DNA from: Octopus sinensis
Lineage: Eukaryota
NCBI RefSeq assembly: GCF_006345805.1
Contig: NC_042998.1
Span: forward strand, 120,156,001-120,220,000
DNA length: 64,000 nt
Reading direction: 5' to 3'
Shown: in pieces, positions 12,480-26,700 of the stretch
Layout: each line of letters begins with the position of its first letter
How positions within the stretch are numbered: position 1 is the stretch's first letter
Notes under the pieces: model-generated
Database searches by the model: none
The model's input: the letters and a program-made list of their open reading frames with translations, nothing else
What the model was told of the DNA's origin: nothing
Program-made: the position numbers and the translations under genes

Positions 12480-13560
12480 TTGGAAGGGATGGCAAGGATG
12501 GTAGTGGAAGGAGCACAAACTGAATCTTGGGGCATATCATAGTTAATAGTGTGTGGGTCCAAGAGACATTTATTTCAATGATGTTGTGTGATAAGAAACT
12601 TCCAATCCATCTAGCCCTAGAGCTTCATGGTGATGGAATGCCATAGGCAGGTAGTTTTTCTTGGAGGTTCAAGCACCAGATGTAGTAAAATTCTTCGCTG
12701 ATGTCAAATACAATAATATTGTTTTTGCCAAATTTTTCAGAGTTGAAGGTTCACCGGTGAAGGATGTAGGAAATGGAAACTTCCAGTAGATATAGATTTA
12801 TGAAAGGAAGTGATTATTAAGAAGGAAAAGGGAGTTGAGGTACTAGAGAAAGTTGTTCTTAATGACTGCCTTCATCATCTTAAATGTTGGAAGTGAAGTG
12901 ATCTCATGATAGTTGACATAGTCAGAGGGGTTGCTCTTCTTGGGAAGTGGATACTCTGTAGTGTTTCTAGTGATTAGGATATATCCCTGTTGAGAGAAAC
13001 ATATCAAGGAGTTTGACTAGCTTGGAGACACTTTAAGTGTAATGGAAGAACATGGTCAAACCAATGTCCTCATTGATTTGAAGCAACAGGAGGTACTTTT
13101 GCACTTGGTGTACATGATTGTGGGTTTGGCAGAGTGGAGAGATATAGTTTTGGAGGAGATTTGTGCAGTGTGTATGAAGTTGAATGTAAAGCAGGCAGTA
13201 AATGTGGAAGATTTCTCTGTGAGAATGCTGTTTGCAGAACCATCATGGTAGAGAAGTAGTAAAAATCTTTTTGGCAATGAACCAAAAGAACAGGCTGCAG
13301 GTTGAGAGGTGGATTGTGCAATGTAGTCGATATACTGTATTTGACTGTGTAGAAGCTATATACTCTCTTTGGCTTAGTAGAAACTATATTTTCTGTCTGT
13401 GGAAAGTGTATTCTCTTTGGGTAGAAGATATACTCTCTCTCCTTGTTAGTGAGATACTCTCACTTGAAATATTTCTGCAGAATGTGGAAGGAACAGTTTT
13501 TGTACAGAAATTGTTTTTATTTACTCTAAGTAAAGTGTGATTGGGCAAACTTTTATTCAG
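12480..13560 (-). pseudogene. Degraded CR1/Jockey-group LINE ORF2 relic
   Basis: Reverse translation gives remnants such as IIVFDISEEFYYIWC (LDISKAFDRVWH), KLPAYG, LRWIGSFLS and NYDMPQDSVCAP (NSGVPQGSVL), plus an upstream APE-like segment; heavily mutated and deleted. Confidence 0.6.
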
Positions 13561-14676
13561 TCATTCCAGTTGTGACCACCCCACATTTTTAAGAGCATGT
13601 AAGATTTCATTATCTAATGTCTCCCTATTCAGGACTCTTAGGAGGAAAATTTAGTACTATTTCCAGCAAGACTTGTGACCATTCAAATGTTCCTTCATAT
13701 AGAGGTTTCCTGCTTTAGTGCATTATAGCAGCTTAATCCTTTTATCTGTTTATTTCCCCACTTTTCATGTTGTTATTTGAGAGTTAGATCTGTCTACAAC
13801 AGTATTTCTCCACATAACCATATCCATTAGATTTTATATCCTAAGATATATTTTACATTGGTGTTTCTACTGCCCTCTGTACCCACCATACATATGTCTT
13901 CACTAGACTATATATATATTTAAAGAAACATTGCCAGATCAGATTGGAGCCTAGTGCAGCCGCTGGCTCTTGAGACCTCAGTCAAACTGCCCAACCCATG
14001 CCAACATGGAAAACGGACGTTAAATGATGATGATAATGATGATATACACACAAACACAGGCTTGGCACAAGAAGGCTTTGTGGTAATGAAGTGCTTTGCA
14101 ATCTTGTGGTTTCATGTTCCATCCCACTGTGTTGGACCCTGGCCAAGTGTCTTCTACCATAGCCTTTGGGTTGATACATTGTGAAATCTGGGAGACAGAA
14201 ACTGTAATGAAGCATGTGTGACCTCTCTCCACCCTAGAAGTACAGTAATTCTGAATAAGAAATGAGTTCAACTATGATGACCCATCCAAACCTTGCGAGT
14301 GTAGAAGATAAGTAAAATGAGGACAATTTTACATGTGTGTTCAGGGTTGTAGAGTTGGAGTAAAAAAACATACCTACTTCAACTTCGACTAAATGTACTG
14401 TATTAAAATTTTTAACTTTACTGATGCTAATTTGACTGTTTTCTGCTCTGAAAATGATCAAATTAAATTTTAGGGTTTCTCTAAAGGAGGATCTGACAGA
14501 AACAGTTGTGCGTATAAGAACAAGTGGTTAATTAATTATGGATATGGATTTGGATTTAACTTTTGTTTTATGGATACAGTATTTCTTTATTAAATTTTGT
14601 AAGAGTAAACTTTTCAGTATTTTACCACATAATTTTCATGTTCACTTCAATTTTATCTTCAGTCAATGCTCTAAAG

Positions 14677-15008
14677 CAGTGGTTCTCAAACAGGGTCCAT
14701 ATAAGATTTTTGGTGGTCCATACAACTAAATAGTAAACTGGAGATGCACAATAGTATTTTATGGGTCCCTGAAAAAACTTTGCTTTAGATGTATATATTG
14801 GTATTTATTGCATGAAACAGCTGGGTTTCTTTCTCTAACATTTTACATAGTTCAACATACACAAGTTAATGTGTGATAAACAAAATAGGAATTTTGAAAA
14901 GAAGTACCTATAAAACTATTTTTTAAACATCGAATAGCTATGGTGGGTCTACCAGAATAAAACAGTAATCAAAGAGATCCATAGGTAAAAAATGGTTGAG
15001 AACCCTTA
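14677..15008. mobile_element. hAT-Charlie MITE
   Basis: Perfect 8-bp TSD CTCTAAAG (14669-76, 15009-16); TIRs CAGTGGTTCTCAAAC / GGTTGAGAACCCTTA. Confidence 0.9.
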
Positions 15009-17337
15009 CTCTAAAGCTTATAATGATGCTAAAATATACCCTGAGGATTTACATTAGCCACATATGCTGTGTGATCTCAATTGATATAAGAAATATGATT
15101 AGTCCAATTACAAATAGAGGCGTCAGTTGGCAGTGCTATAAATTGAGGAGTCAGAGGTGGAGTTCAAGTTTTTGAGTACTGACACTACAGTTCTCTGCAT
15201 GTGTGTAATGTGTGTGTGGACTGTGAGTGTCTGTTTCTGTGTATCTTCACTTTGACACCATCTGAGCAGTGGTGAAGTTGTTTATGTCTCCCATTAACAA
15301 CATATCATATCACTTTGTTGATTTTGATGTGCACTGACCAGTGGAATAAAAAAATACTTTACTTAACAGGTATCGGTGACTGGAAGGCATAGATAATCCT
15401 GATCAAGTAGGTTCTTAATCAAAGGCACTCTAGCTGTGACAACCACTACAAAAATGAAAATACAAGTTGTCTGTAGACTTTCATGTTCCCTGCTAGGTTT
15501 AATAGGATATAAATAAATAATAATTTCATCAATGTGTTCGCAAGGCCTCAGAGATTTATGTATATTAGACATTAATCATTGAAGTGACACCAATTATAAA
15601 TCTAAACAGTTTTGTAAAACTGTTTCAATAGGAACTGACCACTTGAATGAATGAAATTTCAAATAGCAAATAGGTTGTCAAAGCATTTATGAATTGTGTT
15701 AGAAAAATTTAATCTTTAATTATTCTTTTGCTGGTTCCAGTAAGCTGTCTGTGGTCATCATTTTATTTACTTGGTATTTTCTCCTGTGGTCATAATTTCA
15801 TGAGGAAATAAAAAATAACAAAAGAGATTATTACTTCTTGCAGCTAAAAATTTCTTTGTAGTTTTAGAGGATATAATAGCAAGAGATGTTAGTGCTAGGC
15901 TGTTGATCACATGATCATAAATTAAAATCCTACTAATGTAACTGATGTGGTATCTTACCTTCTTTTTCACAAGGTACCTAACTGCCAGTTTCAGTTTAAT
16001 TGAAAGAAAGCTACTTTATAGTTCAGTAGTTAGCAGTAATTTCACGATTCATCTCTAAAAATGATATATTCTTCTGACAAATAAACCACTACCCCTATGC
16101 AAGTTTTGAAAAATATCTATTGAAATTCTTTAGATAACGTATTTACTTTTGATGTAGTTTAAATGTATTGAAGTTACCAAAATGAGTGTCCAATGTTAAA
16201 AAAATAGGTATATTTAGTCAGTATTTCTTATTTGAAGAAAGTGTAGTGTGTGTGTGTGTGTGTGTGTATTAGACTTAATTTTGTGATGTGCCAGCATAGT
16301 GCCTGTCTATTAATTAATGTTCTAGAACAGTGTATGGGTTGTGAATAAATGAACAAAGGTTATATACACATTTACTGTCACTGTAAAATCAGGTCCATCA
16401 TTTACAGTGACTGTCGGAGGGAAAGGTAAGCTGGTAACTAACAGTAAAACTGGCTTGTTTGATCAAATCCAATTCTAAACCCAAATCCAACAGTTCTGCA
16501 TCTAAAATTTTGGCACTGATATAACTAGTGGTAGAGAACAGATAGCTTACTCTGTGTGGAGGCTACTTTGAGGCAGATTTCACTTGGAGTATTGGCCACT
16601 CTTCTTTCTCAGTTGTATTTCATGGTAATTATTTAGCAATGAAGATAATATTAACAAAGCTACATAGATAATTAACATCACAAAACAAGTCCATAACAAA
16701 TTTTTTTTTCTGCGTTATATAAATTACATGTGTATTCTTAAGACAGAAACCAAAATATCTTGATGTTCATATCCATTATATGCAATAAATAGGCTGCTGT
16801 ACAGTTTCTTTCTACCTAATTATACTTTCAAGGTTTTGGCTGGCCTGTAGTTGATAGTAGAAGACATTTGCGCAAGGTGCTACACCTTGTACTATGTGGC
16901 TGTGAAGAGGACTTTGTAATCACACAGCTATGCGTAAGCTTTATGCATATATATATAAATAAAATGTGTGTCTGTGTATTCATTTTATGTCCATTTTTCC
17001 ATGCTTGCACAGGTTGGCAAAATCTATTTAGTGGACATTAACATCGTGACATATATATACACATATACAGTGTATCCTCACAAAACTATATTAATAAGAG
17101 CAATTGGTGTCCATTTTGGCTGATTGCATGAGTTAGAAGGGGTTAGTATTGCATATGTCTTCAATCATCATCATCAAATGTTTTAACGTCCACTTTTCTG
17201 TGCTTGCATGGGTTGGACAAAGTTTGTTGAGGTAGATTTTCTACACCTGGATGTCCTTTCTTATCACTAGCCCCTACTTGTTCCTAAGCAAAGTAATATT
17301 TCCCCATAGCCATATATTTTCTCACAGGTTATTGGAT

Positions 17338-17409
17338 ATGACCGACATTACTTGTATGACTGACATTACTTGTATGACTGACATTACTTGTATGACTGAC
17401 AATCATTTG
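17338..17409 (+). repeat. 18-bp tandem repeat (ATGACTGACATTACTTGT) x ~4
   Basis: Direct reading; no spacers; lies inside a degenerate interspersed repeat. Confidence 0.9.
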
Positions 17410-17459
17410 CAACTATCATGCAATGTCAAGATCAGGAGACATAAACATATACACACAAA

Positions 17460-17665
17460 CAATCTTTAATCTCTCTCTCTCTCTCTTTCTCTCACACGCA
17501 CATGCACTTTTCAATGTTTGTCTACCGAATCTACTCACAAGATTTTGGTTAGGTCAGAGATATAATAGAAAGCACTTGCCCAAAGTACCATGCAGTAGGA
17601 CTTGAACCTGAAACTGTGTGGTTGAGAAGGAAATTTCTCAACTACACGACCACTCTTGCACCTAC
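17460..17665 (-). mobile_element. Family A SINE 5' part. Other partial copies at ~14065-14215 (+), 16815-16960, 18660-19020, 21125-21480, 24180-24335, 63560-63745
   Basis: Reverse complement of the head at 44516: aagcacttgcccaaagtaccatgcagtaggacttgaacctgaaactgtgtggttg. Confidence 0.7.
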
Positions 17666-18101
17666 AATATTGGAAAATATGTTGGCTGTAAGCTGAACAA
17701 AATGGTAAAAATGCTGTAACCATGCTACAATTTAAAACAATATTTAAAATTATTTAATATTATTGAATGCAAAAAAATGAAGTTCAAACTGTAAATTGGT
17801 GATTTTATTTACCTGTAAGTGGTAGATGATAGATAAGCTCAATGTAGTGAAGGTGGTGTAGAGACAGAGGTGGTAACTTATCACAAGTTTGTAGAGCCAT
17901 GATGTTTCACATGCTCTTTCTTACTTCCCACTGCCAGAAATCTGAAATAATTGAGGAGCAACTGAGTTAACAGTAGGTGGACTATCGTTATCATCTGCTA
18001 CCTTAACTGTTTCAGCAAGATTGAGATGGATTGGCTGAAGAAAGAGCCATGTTTGGTTGTTTATTTGGTTGATGCTGCTTTGGGATAAAGAATTTCCCTG
18101 A

Positions 18102-18314
18102 CCCTTTAGCATTCAGATTACTCTGTCAAATGTAAAATTTATTTATTCAGATTGTTTTGAATTAATCATGCATTATCTTGTAGCTTTGAGATTTCAATGA
18201 TATGAGTGTATATTTTTAGAATGATATTGTAGGGTAGGTGTGAGATATCAGATCTGGCAAGTTTGAACATAAAACAGGTATGGACCAGATATAACTGGTT
18301 TAAATGCTAAAGTG
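18102..18314. mobile_element. Second copy of the TTAA MITE at 85-314, opposite orientation
   Basis: CCCTTTAGCATT...AATGCTAAAGTG; the interior is the reverse complement of 85-314; TSDs degenerate. Confidence 0.8.
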
Positions 18315-19070
18315 TTTAGGCTCTAAGATGTTGACAATTATTGCTAAACATCAGATTCTGTTAATAAGTCAATGTAGAAAATAATGTTACCGGACTTATA
18401 ACAAAGTCTGACTTTTGTCGTCTCCTTCATCTACACTATTTCTACTGTTACCAACAAGGATGAACTTCATCTGCTTTATTTTTTTCCTCCTTCTAAGACT
18501 TGGTGTCCTGTCTTCTATCCAAGTCCTGATGTTATCTTCTTTGACATTTGTTTTGCCATCAATCTGAAGTATATGATGAAATTCCTGCGCTTTGTGTTCG
18601 AAGAATGAACTTTTTAATTATTCAGTCATGTATGTTTTATATTTCCAAAACACATATGCATGCACACATGATAGGCTCTCCTGTCAGTTTTGACATATGT
18701 TCAGTTGTTTGATCAACTGGACAACCTGATCATTTAATTAGCATGTGAAGTGACTGAGTATTCCACAAACACTTATTCTTAGCTAATTCTTGAGTAGAAT
18801 CAGTCTGATGCAATGTGACAAGGTTAGACTTTTGAATTACAGGTACACATCATCTGCTATGTTTCTATACAATTTTTTTCTGTCTTAACTCACTGACAAA
18901 GCTTAGATCTACTCCAGGCTATGGTAAAGGTTCTTGCCTAACATGCTACATAATGGGATCAAACTTGGGGCCTCATGGTTTTGAAGCAGACTTTTAAATC
19001 ACTCAGATATGTTTGCATCTATGAATTATATATATATAATTCATAGATGCAAACATATCTGATGCTATGA

Positions 19071-19395
19071 TGCAAAGGCCCTTGGAAAGATACATGCTAG
19101 GAATATCACTAAGAGAGCACATTTGAAATGAGATAATTCAAGAATGGAGCAGAGTGAACAACATGATCACAGAGTACAAACGCACAAGTTCTACTGGGTC
19201 AGACATATTGCAAGTTTCACAGGCAACAAGTCGGGCCATGCAGTTGTTGAGTGATATCCAAGAGATCAGAAAAGGCCACTTGGAAGACCTCCATGGCGAT
19301 GGGAAGACAATTTGGTCAAGCAAATGGAAAAGAATGACACAATCAAGAATCATTGCAAATGCATTGTGACCAGTGATGTGTAACAACATCTGAAG
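19071..19395 (+). pseudogene. RTE (BovB-like) ORF2 C-terminal fragment
   Basis: MQRPLERYMLGISLREHI*NEII...KFYWVRHIASF...YPRDQKRPLGRPPWRWED. Confidence 0.8.
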
Positions 19396-19919
19396 CCCTG
19401 GTCGATACTGTGATATATATTTTCATGTTTTGAGTTCTATTTTCCTGGTTGTATACACACATTCACATTTATAATATACAAACAGCATCAGTTTTGTTTC
19501 CCTACACACAGACAACATTAGCAGCAGCTGCAGTTTTCTAGTCATACAATAGTTTTATTGTCAGATAATGGCTAAAGTTAAGAATTCCATTCAGTTATTA
19601 GTAAACTATTTATATTCAGATGTCTTGAATAAAAATACATTTAGTTATGAAATGTAAGAATGAAATTTACAGAGAAATCTATCAAGTGGTTTCTAAAAGT
19701 AATTTGGAGATAGAGAGTTTAAGTGAAAATGGTAAAATTTAATGATATAGGTTATTCAACATGATTAAATGTATACTCAACCAGAAAATAGTTTTGTTTT
19801 AGTTTTTCTCTTTCTTTCTGGCAGAGTGAAAGGTTTTATATAGTTCTTTGTTGCTCTATATACTTGAAATTTTGAGTGAAAAGGAAAGTAAAAAGCTCTG
19901 AGAAATCTGAGAAGTTCTC

Positions 19920-19981
<62 letters not shown>

Positions 19982-20661
19982 ACAAATGATTATTCCATAA
20001 GTTAAAATTGAACTGCTAAAAATTTCTCTTTATGAAGAGTGAAATATATCAATGTAATAATAATCTGTTGAAATAGCACTGTGGGTAATAATCTGATCAA
20101 ATAGCTGTGTAATGATCTGATCTAGATAATCTGTTTAATGGATAAGAAATAAATACATCTGTGAGGTACTTTTCTAAAAATACTTCAAGCTGAAATAGCC
20201 AATTGGATGTATATTTTTAGAAAAAAATAAAGTTGCCAGTTTATTGCATGAATAATTACATATATGTGGATAGGTTTGTTTGTTTTTTTCTTTTCTATCT
20301 TTTAACCCCCCCCCCAAGTTAAATATAAAGCATCAGTGGATTCATTGTTATTAGGTTTTCTGATTAATTATTCTCAATTGGATTAGACACACCGACATAA
20401 CACACCATCAAGGCATTAACAAATATAGATTCTTTGTGATTGCAAACTAGATCAATTGTTAAATGGAAGGAGTTTTAGTCAACTGAATCAATTCAGGATT
20501 TTATTGGTGAATTATAGCATTGACCCACAAAAGGATGAAAAGTAAAAGTTGATTTATAGAGGAATATGAGTACTATGAATTTAGAGCACTGAGGCAATGT
20601 GTTAATTGCTGGAACATACTTAGTATCTAGTTGTCTAGTTCTTTATTCTCTTAGTTTACTA

Positions 20662-20681
20662 GACACACACACACACACACA

Positions 20682-20718
<37 letters not shown>
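20662..20718. repeat. (CA)n microsatellite, representative of many: (TA)n at 31296, 44662, 49658, 63516; (AAT)n at 33950; (ATT)n at 40090; (TAG)n at 3404
   Basis: Direct reading. Confidence 0.95.
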
Positions 20719-20721
<3 letters not shown>

Positions 20722-23700
20722 TCAATAGTATTCTTCTGTTTTCTTTTGCAACTTGTCTAATCAGTAAGGGATCCTCTGCATAGTTGCTTGATTTGCTAGA
20801 AATAGCAAAACAACACTTCAAATTAAATCTGCCCTCTTAAAACAAAGGGTGAAACATTGAAAGATTCAACTTCAAAAGTTTAGATCATAGAAGGCAGACC
20901 TTTGTTGAAGTTTTAATTTCTATAATAATTCCTGTATTGTAGTGTCATATGTATACACATATTTTAGTTTTCTGCAAATGTTTATAGTGAAGCTTTTTAT
21001 TAATAAGATGTTAATGGGTGATTTCTTTTTCTCTATGGTGTGATGTCTACAAGTCAACCACATGTCACTGGTTTGGCATCTCTGGTTCAGATGAAGTGAT
21101 ATATTTAGCAATTTTAGTCATTTGTTTTTCTCTCTCTCTCCTTTTTAACTTGTGTCAGTCATTTGACTGTGGCCATACTGGGGCACCACATTGAAGGGTT
21201 TAGTTGAACAAATTGATGCCAGTACTTATTTTTTTTATAAATCTGATACTTATTGTATTGGACTATTTTGCTAAGCTGCTAAGTTACAGAGATGTAAACA
21301 ACCCAGAACTGGTAGTCAAGCAGTAATGAGGGAACAAGTGCAAAGATGCACACAAACATATATGACAAGCTTCCATGCAGCTTCTGTTTACCAAATTAAC
21401 TCACAAAGCATTGGTTGGTCCAGGGCAATAATGAAAAACACTTGCCCAAGGTGCCATGCAATAAGACTGAACCTGAAACCACCTATGTTCCCAAAATGTA
21501 TATTCATCTCTCTAAGGGTGTCATACTTCTCACAATAGTTTCTTGATAAGCATATTGGTTCTATATATATGTTATTTCTGTTACTGTGTAATGAAATACA
21601 TAGTCATTGTCAAACGATTAAAACAGAATCTATACTTTAACTCCTAGTCCTTGACCTTACTTATTTAGATGTTCTGGCCATTGAGTCAGATTCGTGTGTG
21701 TGTGTGTATGTTTTAAACTTTATGCAAAAAATACTTGTTACAGTCACAATATTTGAAGAATGATTTCTTCTTGAAGAAAAGAATGACACAAACCCTTTGG
21801 AATGATGTTTTTTTTATATAGTGTATGTAAGCGCTTTTGTTCAATTTTTCAAACTCATTATGGAGCAAACTATATAGAGGAAGTTAAAACATATACATAC
21901 AATCGGTGTAAGAAAATCAGTTGTATTCTCTCTAAACTTTTGTATTTCTAGTTATATACTTAACCCTTTTGATACCAAGCCACCCAAGACTGCTTCTGGT
22001 TCTGATATAAAACCTCCTGCTTTAAAATATCATGAATTAAAGTTTTCCATTATATATACTTTTGTTAAGAATTTTTCTTTTTTTTTACTGTGTTCTCCAT
22101 ATCAACTTCATAATGATAAAATTATTTTATAATATCTATCCAAATTCTTGATTATAATCATCATCATTGTCGTTTAACATCCACATTCAATGCTGGCATG
22201 GTTGAATAGGTTGACTGGATCCAATGTGTCCAAGGACTGCATTGTGTTCCAATGTCTGTTTTAGCATGGTTTCTACAGTTGACTGCCCTGCCTAATGCCA
22301 GCCATAGAAACCATGCCAAAGCAAACCTTGGAGCGCAATGCAGTCCATAGATACATTGGATCCTTTCAAACCATCCTATCATGCCAGCATGGAACATGGA
22401 TGTTAAATAATGATGATGATAATCAAGAATTAATAACAACAAAATTATTTTAGTAATTGCTTCATTACTTTCAAAATTAATCAAAATAAAAGTAGTGTGC
22501 CAAAATATGGTAACAAAAGGATTAATAAATAAGGTGGGGGGGACAAAACAAAGCAGTAACAACATAATGTGTCTCAATTGTTTTTAGTTAAAGATGCTAG
22601 ACAACAGTGTAGTGGATATGTGAGTACCTCAGTGACTGGTGTAGTTGATTGGTGTAAAGAAATAAACATCACAGAATAAGTGATTGATTGATGTTATATT
22701 TTAATACATCAATTAGGTCAAGAGCAGTGTAATTATTTGGTAGATTTTCAAAAGAAAAGGTTGACTAACAGAAAAAAACAATAACAATGACAAAATGGTA
22801 GTGTTTGATCTGACATTTGGTTTATTAGTGAGCAGCTGGAGAAGTTATCTTTAGTTTGGTAGATTAATATGTAGTGTAATTAAAAATTTAAATAGATTCT
22901 ATAATGGAACATATGATATAGCTGTTTATCAAGTCATTAATGCAAGAGTTGTGGGTAAAGAAATAGTGCTGATAATATATTTTCAATGAAAGCATATCCA
23001 GTAGATATTTTCCATTGGTAGATGAGAAAAAAGAAGTACAGATGTTTATGAATGTTTAGTTGGTGAAGAATTTAAACATATTAGTCAATGAAAGCTAGAC
23101 AGTAAAACACTTTGAGAAGTTCTAATAAATATGTTTCCTATTGGTAGATATTTAATTCGCTTAGAGATTCGGTGATAGTTTATTATTTGAATCAAGAAGA
23201 TTCAGACTAGATTTCTATTTCTAATTTTTTTCTTGAATTCCCAATCATTTGAAAGAATAAACTTTTGATTATTTTAAAGAGATTAACAAGTGAATGAGTT
23301 GAAGAGATTGCTATACAGTGCTATAGCAATTAAATGAAATAAAATTTCTGGAGAATTAGCAGCCACTCTATAAGCTCTTCTCTGTAATTTATTCCTTTAT
23401 CAAAAGAATCTTGTCAGTAATTGATCCAAAATATTACAGGAGTAGAGAAGATATTCTTCATCCCCCAATCATCACCACTTCAATAATGATGATGATGATG
23501 TCAATATCTCCTTGCTAGAATGAGATGAATGATTCTTCAGAATGGTAATATAACATTCATCTTGGTCATGCACAGTATTATCTGTCAAGATCAGCATGTT
23601 GAGATTTGGTCACATTCATTTTTCTTGAGTCTTCTTCAGGCATCTTCCACTGTTGGTACTTGACTCTTGGTTTTTTCATCCAGCACATATCATTCATTGT

Positions 23701-26700
23701 GCTGATGGAGACAGTAGTAGATCTGAAATAAGAACTTTGAAGTAAGAAAGTTATGTAAAAGATTCTTCTGTTACCTCAGTTTAGCATTGGTCAAGCAGAC
23801 TTATATTCAAATATATTCCAGCCATAACCATCTTGTCTTCTATTGAAGTATAGTATACCTGGGACTAAATTTGTTTATGTGTTGTTCCATTTTTTTAAAG
23901 AAAGTAAGGTGCAATCTGAGTGCCAGAAAATAAACAGTAACTAGAATATTTGATTTATAAAATGTTCAGTTACTGAAATAGCTCATTAGTCATTAAATGA
24001 TCTCTAAACAGGAATTTATTTCATCACTGATTTCTGATGTCCTTTCATGTATAGATTCTGTTTTTTCAGAAATATTTCACTGCTCTCATGTAAGGATGTA
24101 AATTGTAAGCATTCAGTCACACAAACATACACATCCATACATATATTCATGCGTATACAAATGTATGTGCCTGTATGTACACATATACATGATGAGTTTC
24201 CATACAGTTTCTATGTACCAATTCTACCCACAAGGTATTTTTTGGCCTGAGATTATAGAAGACACTTGTGCCTTGCAATGAGATAGAACTTGAAACTGCA
24301 GTGTAACAAAGTGAACTCTGTAGTTTCATAGCCTGCACCTATATTATATGTTTACAGGTGCACATGCAGGCACACAAATGATAAAGAGTATATTTTGGTT
24401 GTATTTGCCAAAAATAATATAAAAATAATTATTCTTGTATTGTAATTCATAATGCTGGAATACATCCCTGAAAAACTTGCTGTAGCTGGAAATTCCAGGA
24501 TGCAAAATTAATTTCCCCATTGATTCTCACTGTTATGAAATGATAATGCATTCTGACAGATATTTAAAACGAAACAGCCACCCACCCCTGAAAAACAAGC
24601 AACACATCTACTTTTATGCATAAAAACAATTTCTAAATATACACAGTACATTATATATACATAAAAATATTTGAGGTGAAACAAATTTTGGAATACATAA
24701 GTATCATAATATTGTAATAGGGCATGTACTTTCCATAAAGTATGTTGATTACTATCTGAGGGGTAGAGATGAAATGAAACTTACTGGGATGATGAGAGAC
24801 ATTATCTTCTATCTTATAGTTCATCAACATCTACTTCAGGGGTGAAGAACTTATCAAAAATTGTTTGACATGTCATCTCTTTGTATAACTCAGTGTAGGA
24901 ACTGAAATCATTGAAAACTCCTCCTATAATTTTTACGTTATGTTCATGAATAGGATTGTTGTCTGCAAAAACTCTGAATGTCTCAACTTTCTTGAAATAT
25001 TCTTTGTATCAACTAATAAGTGTAGTTGATGGAATTTCATATTTTCATCTTACTTGTATTCTAACAAATCAAATATGTAGTAAGAAAAAACACCTCGAGG
25101 GAAGAACTGTTTTGTGAGAGCAAAAATATGTTTATTCTTTTGCATGTAAGAATGGAAATGAGAAGATGAAAAAGTGAAAGAGTGAGGTGAAAGGAAATAC
25201 AGATTGTTAAAGAGTTACCTTGTTCACAGGCGCTTTACTCCTTGCACCATAAAAACTGTTCATGTTACTGTGTTGACATATAATATATGTAGGTACAGGC
25301 ATTGCTGTCATGCTGATGCTATTTTCATTGTTGCCAGTTAGATACTCAAAAGTTGGCTGTATTGGTTTTGGTATTGGTGATGATGGTGATAGTGATGACA
25401 CTGATGGTCATAGTGTTCTTGTTAATTGTATTATTGTTGTTTAGCTTCAAGTAAATTCTCATTGACCTAAAGACATTTCATTCAACATTTAGAATATACA
25501 TGAGCACTACATTACTTCATGTGATTTTTTTTCAGATAGAGTTGCTTGCCTTGTTCATACTGTTGTTGCTGTTGGTCATTATAGAATTACTGGGTTGGTA
25601 ATGGTGGTGTTTGTATTACTAGTTTAGTATTGATCCTGGTCATGCTGGTGAAGAGAGAGATAGATTGATAATCAGATACTCATTGTAACTAAAAAAAATA
25701 CACACAAACACATACACGTGTGTGTGTATTGTATGTGTGTGCGTGTGTGTATTGTGTGTGTATATGTATGTATAGTGATTAGTTTTTTAAATTGTTAAAT
25801 AAGCTAAAACACTAAGAATCAGCCTTTTGGCTAAAGAACATGTGGTTTTTAAATTCTCAAAATTTATCAAAGTTTCTGTAAGAATGAAATTATAGACTGT
25901 TTCTCGAAATCAATGGAAATTATGTAACCTAAAGTAGCTGTAGCATGAGGATGCTTGTACTGCTTTTGGATTTTCAAAATACTATGTCACTAAATTGTTG
26001 AGTGACACTTCAAGAAATGTATCTTCAGCATACATAGCTTGACAAAGTATTTTCTGGTCAGATATATTTCAAGTAAGATAACTCTAGACAACCTTTTTGC
26101 TCCTTACCTAATTCCAAGCTTAGCTGACTTCTTGATGTAACATTTTGATATTGCATTTTTAAACACTTAAAAATAATTCCTGGATATCTTTCAGTTGAAT
26201 CATTATCAGTAGTAGTATGTTCAAAATGTTTTAGCCTTATGTTTCTCTAGAGACACAATAGTTGTTTTTTAATAGCAGTTTTGTTAATTTCTTTTGAAGT
26301 TGCCTAATATTTTAGAAGAAATAATGAATTCTTAATTAGATATGAAGAAAACATAGAGGTATCAGTGCAATACAATACTGTAAGTGAAATAGAAATATGC
26401 TTACAAGAATTTCAATTCTAATTCTACTGCCACTCCTAAAAGACAATATTTCTCTACTCGTTTCAGTGAATCATTACAGTAGATCTTGGGCTACCATATT
26501 TTTTATTGCTATTGTTTCTACCATTACAGAAGGCACGTAGCTGCACAAGATTCTTGTTACTTTTTTTTTTATTTCCCATGATTACACCTGACATAGATTA
26601 ATGTTCCTTTTTCTTTTTTTCTAATGCTGTGTTTTGAAAGGTTCTATTACCAAGTAATTCTTAAATCTAGGACTTGAATATGTTAAGGATTCATGTTGCT

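Noticed and set aside
17338-17409. Regular short repeats as a CRISPR-like array
   Set aside because: The units are contiguous with no unique spacers, the context is eukaryotic and there are no cas genes.
17830-18095. Possible RTE ORF2 relic on the minus strand
   Set aside because: Only vague motif resemblance across frameshifts; not supportable by eye.
25219-25263. Antisense mini-exon MNSFYGARSKAPVNK|gtaact
   Set aside because: No partner exons or recognisable homology; such short ATG-to-donor units arise by chance in 64 kb.
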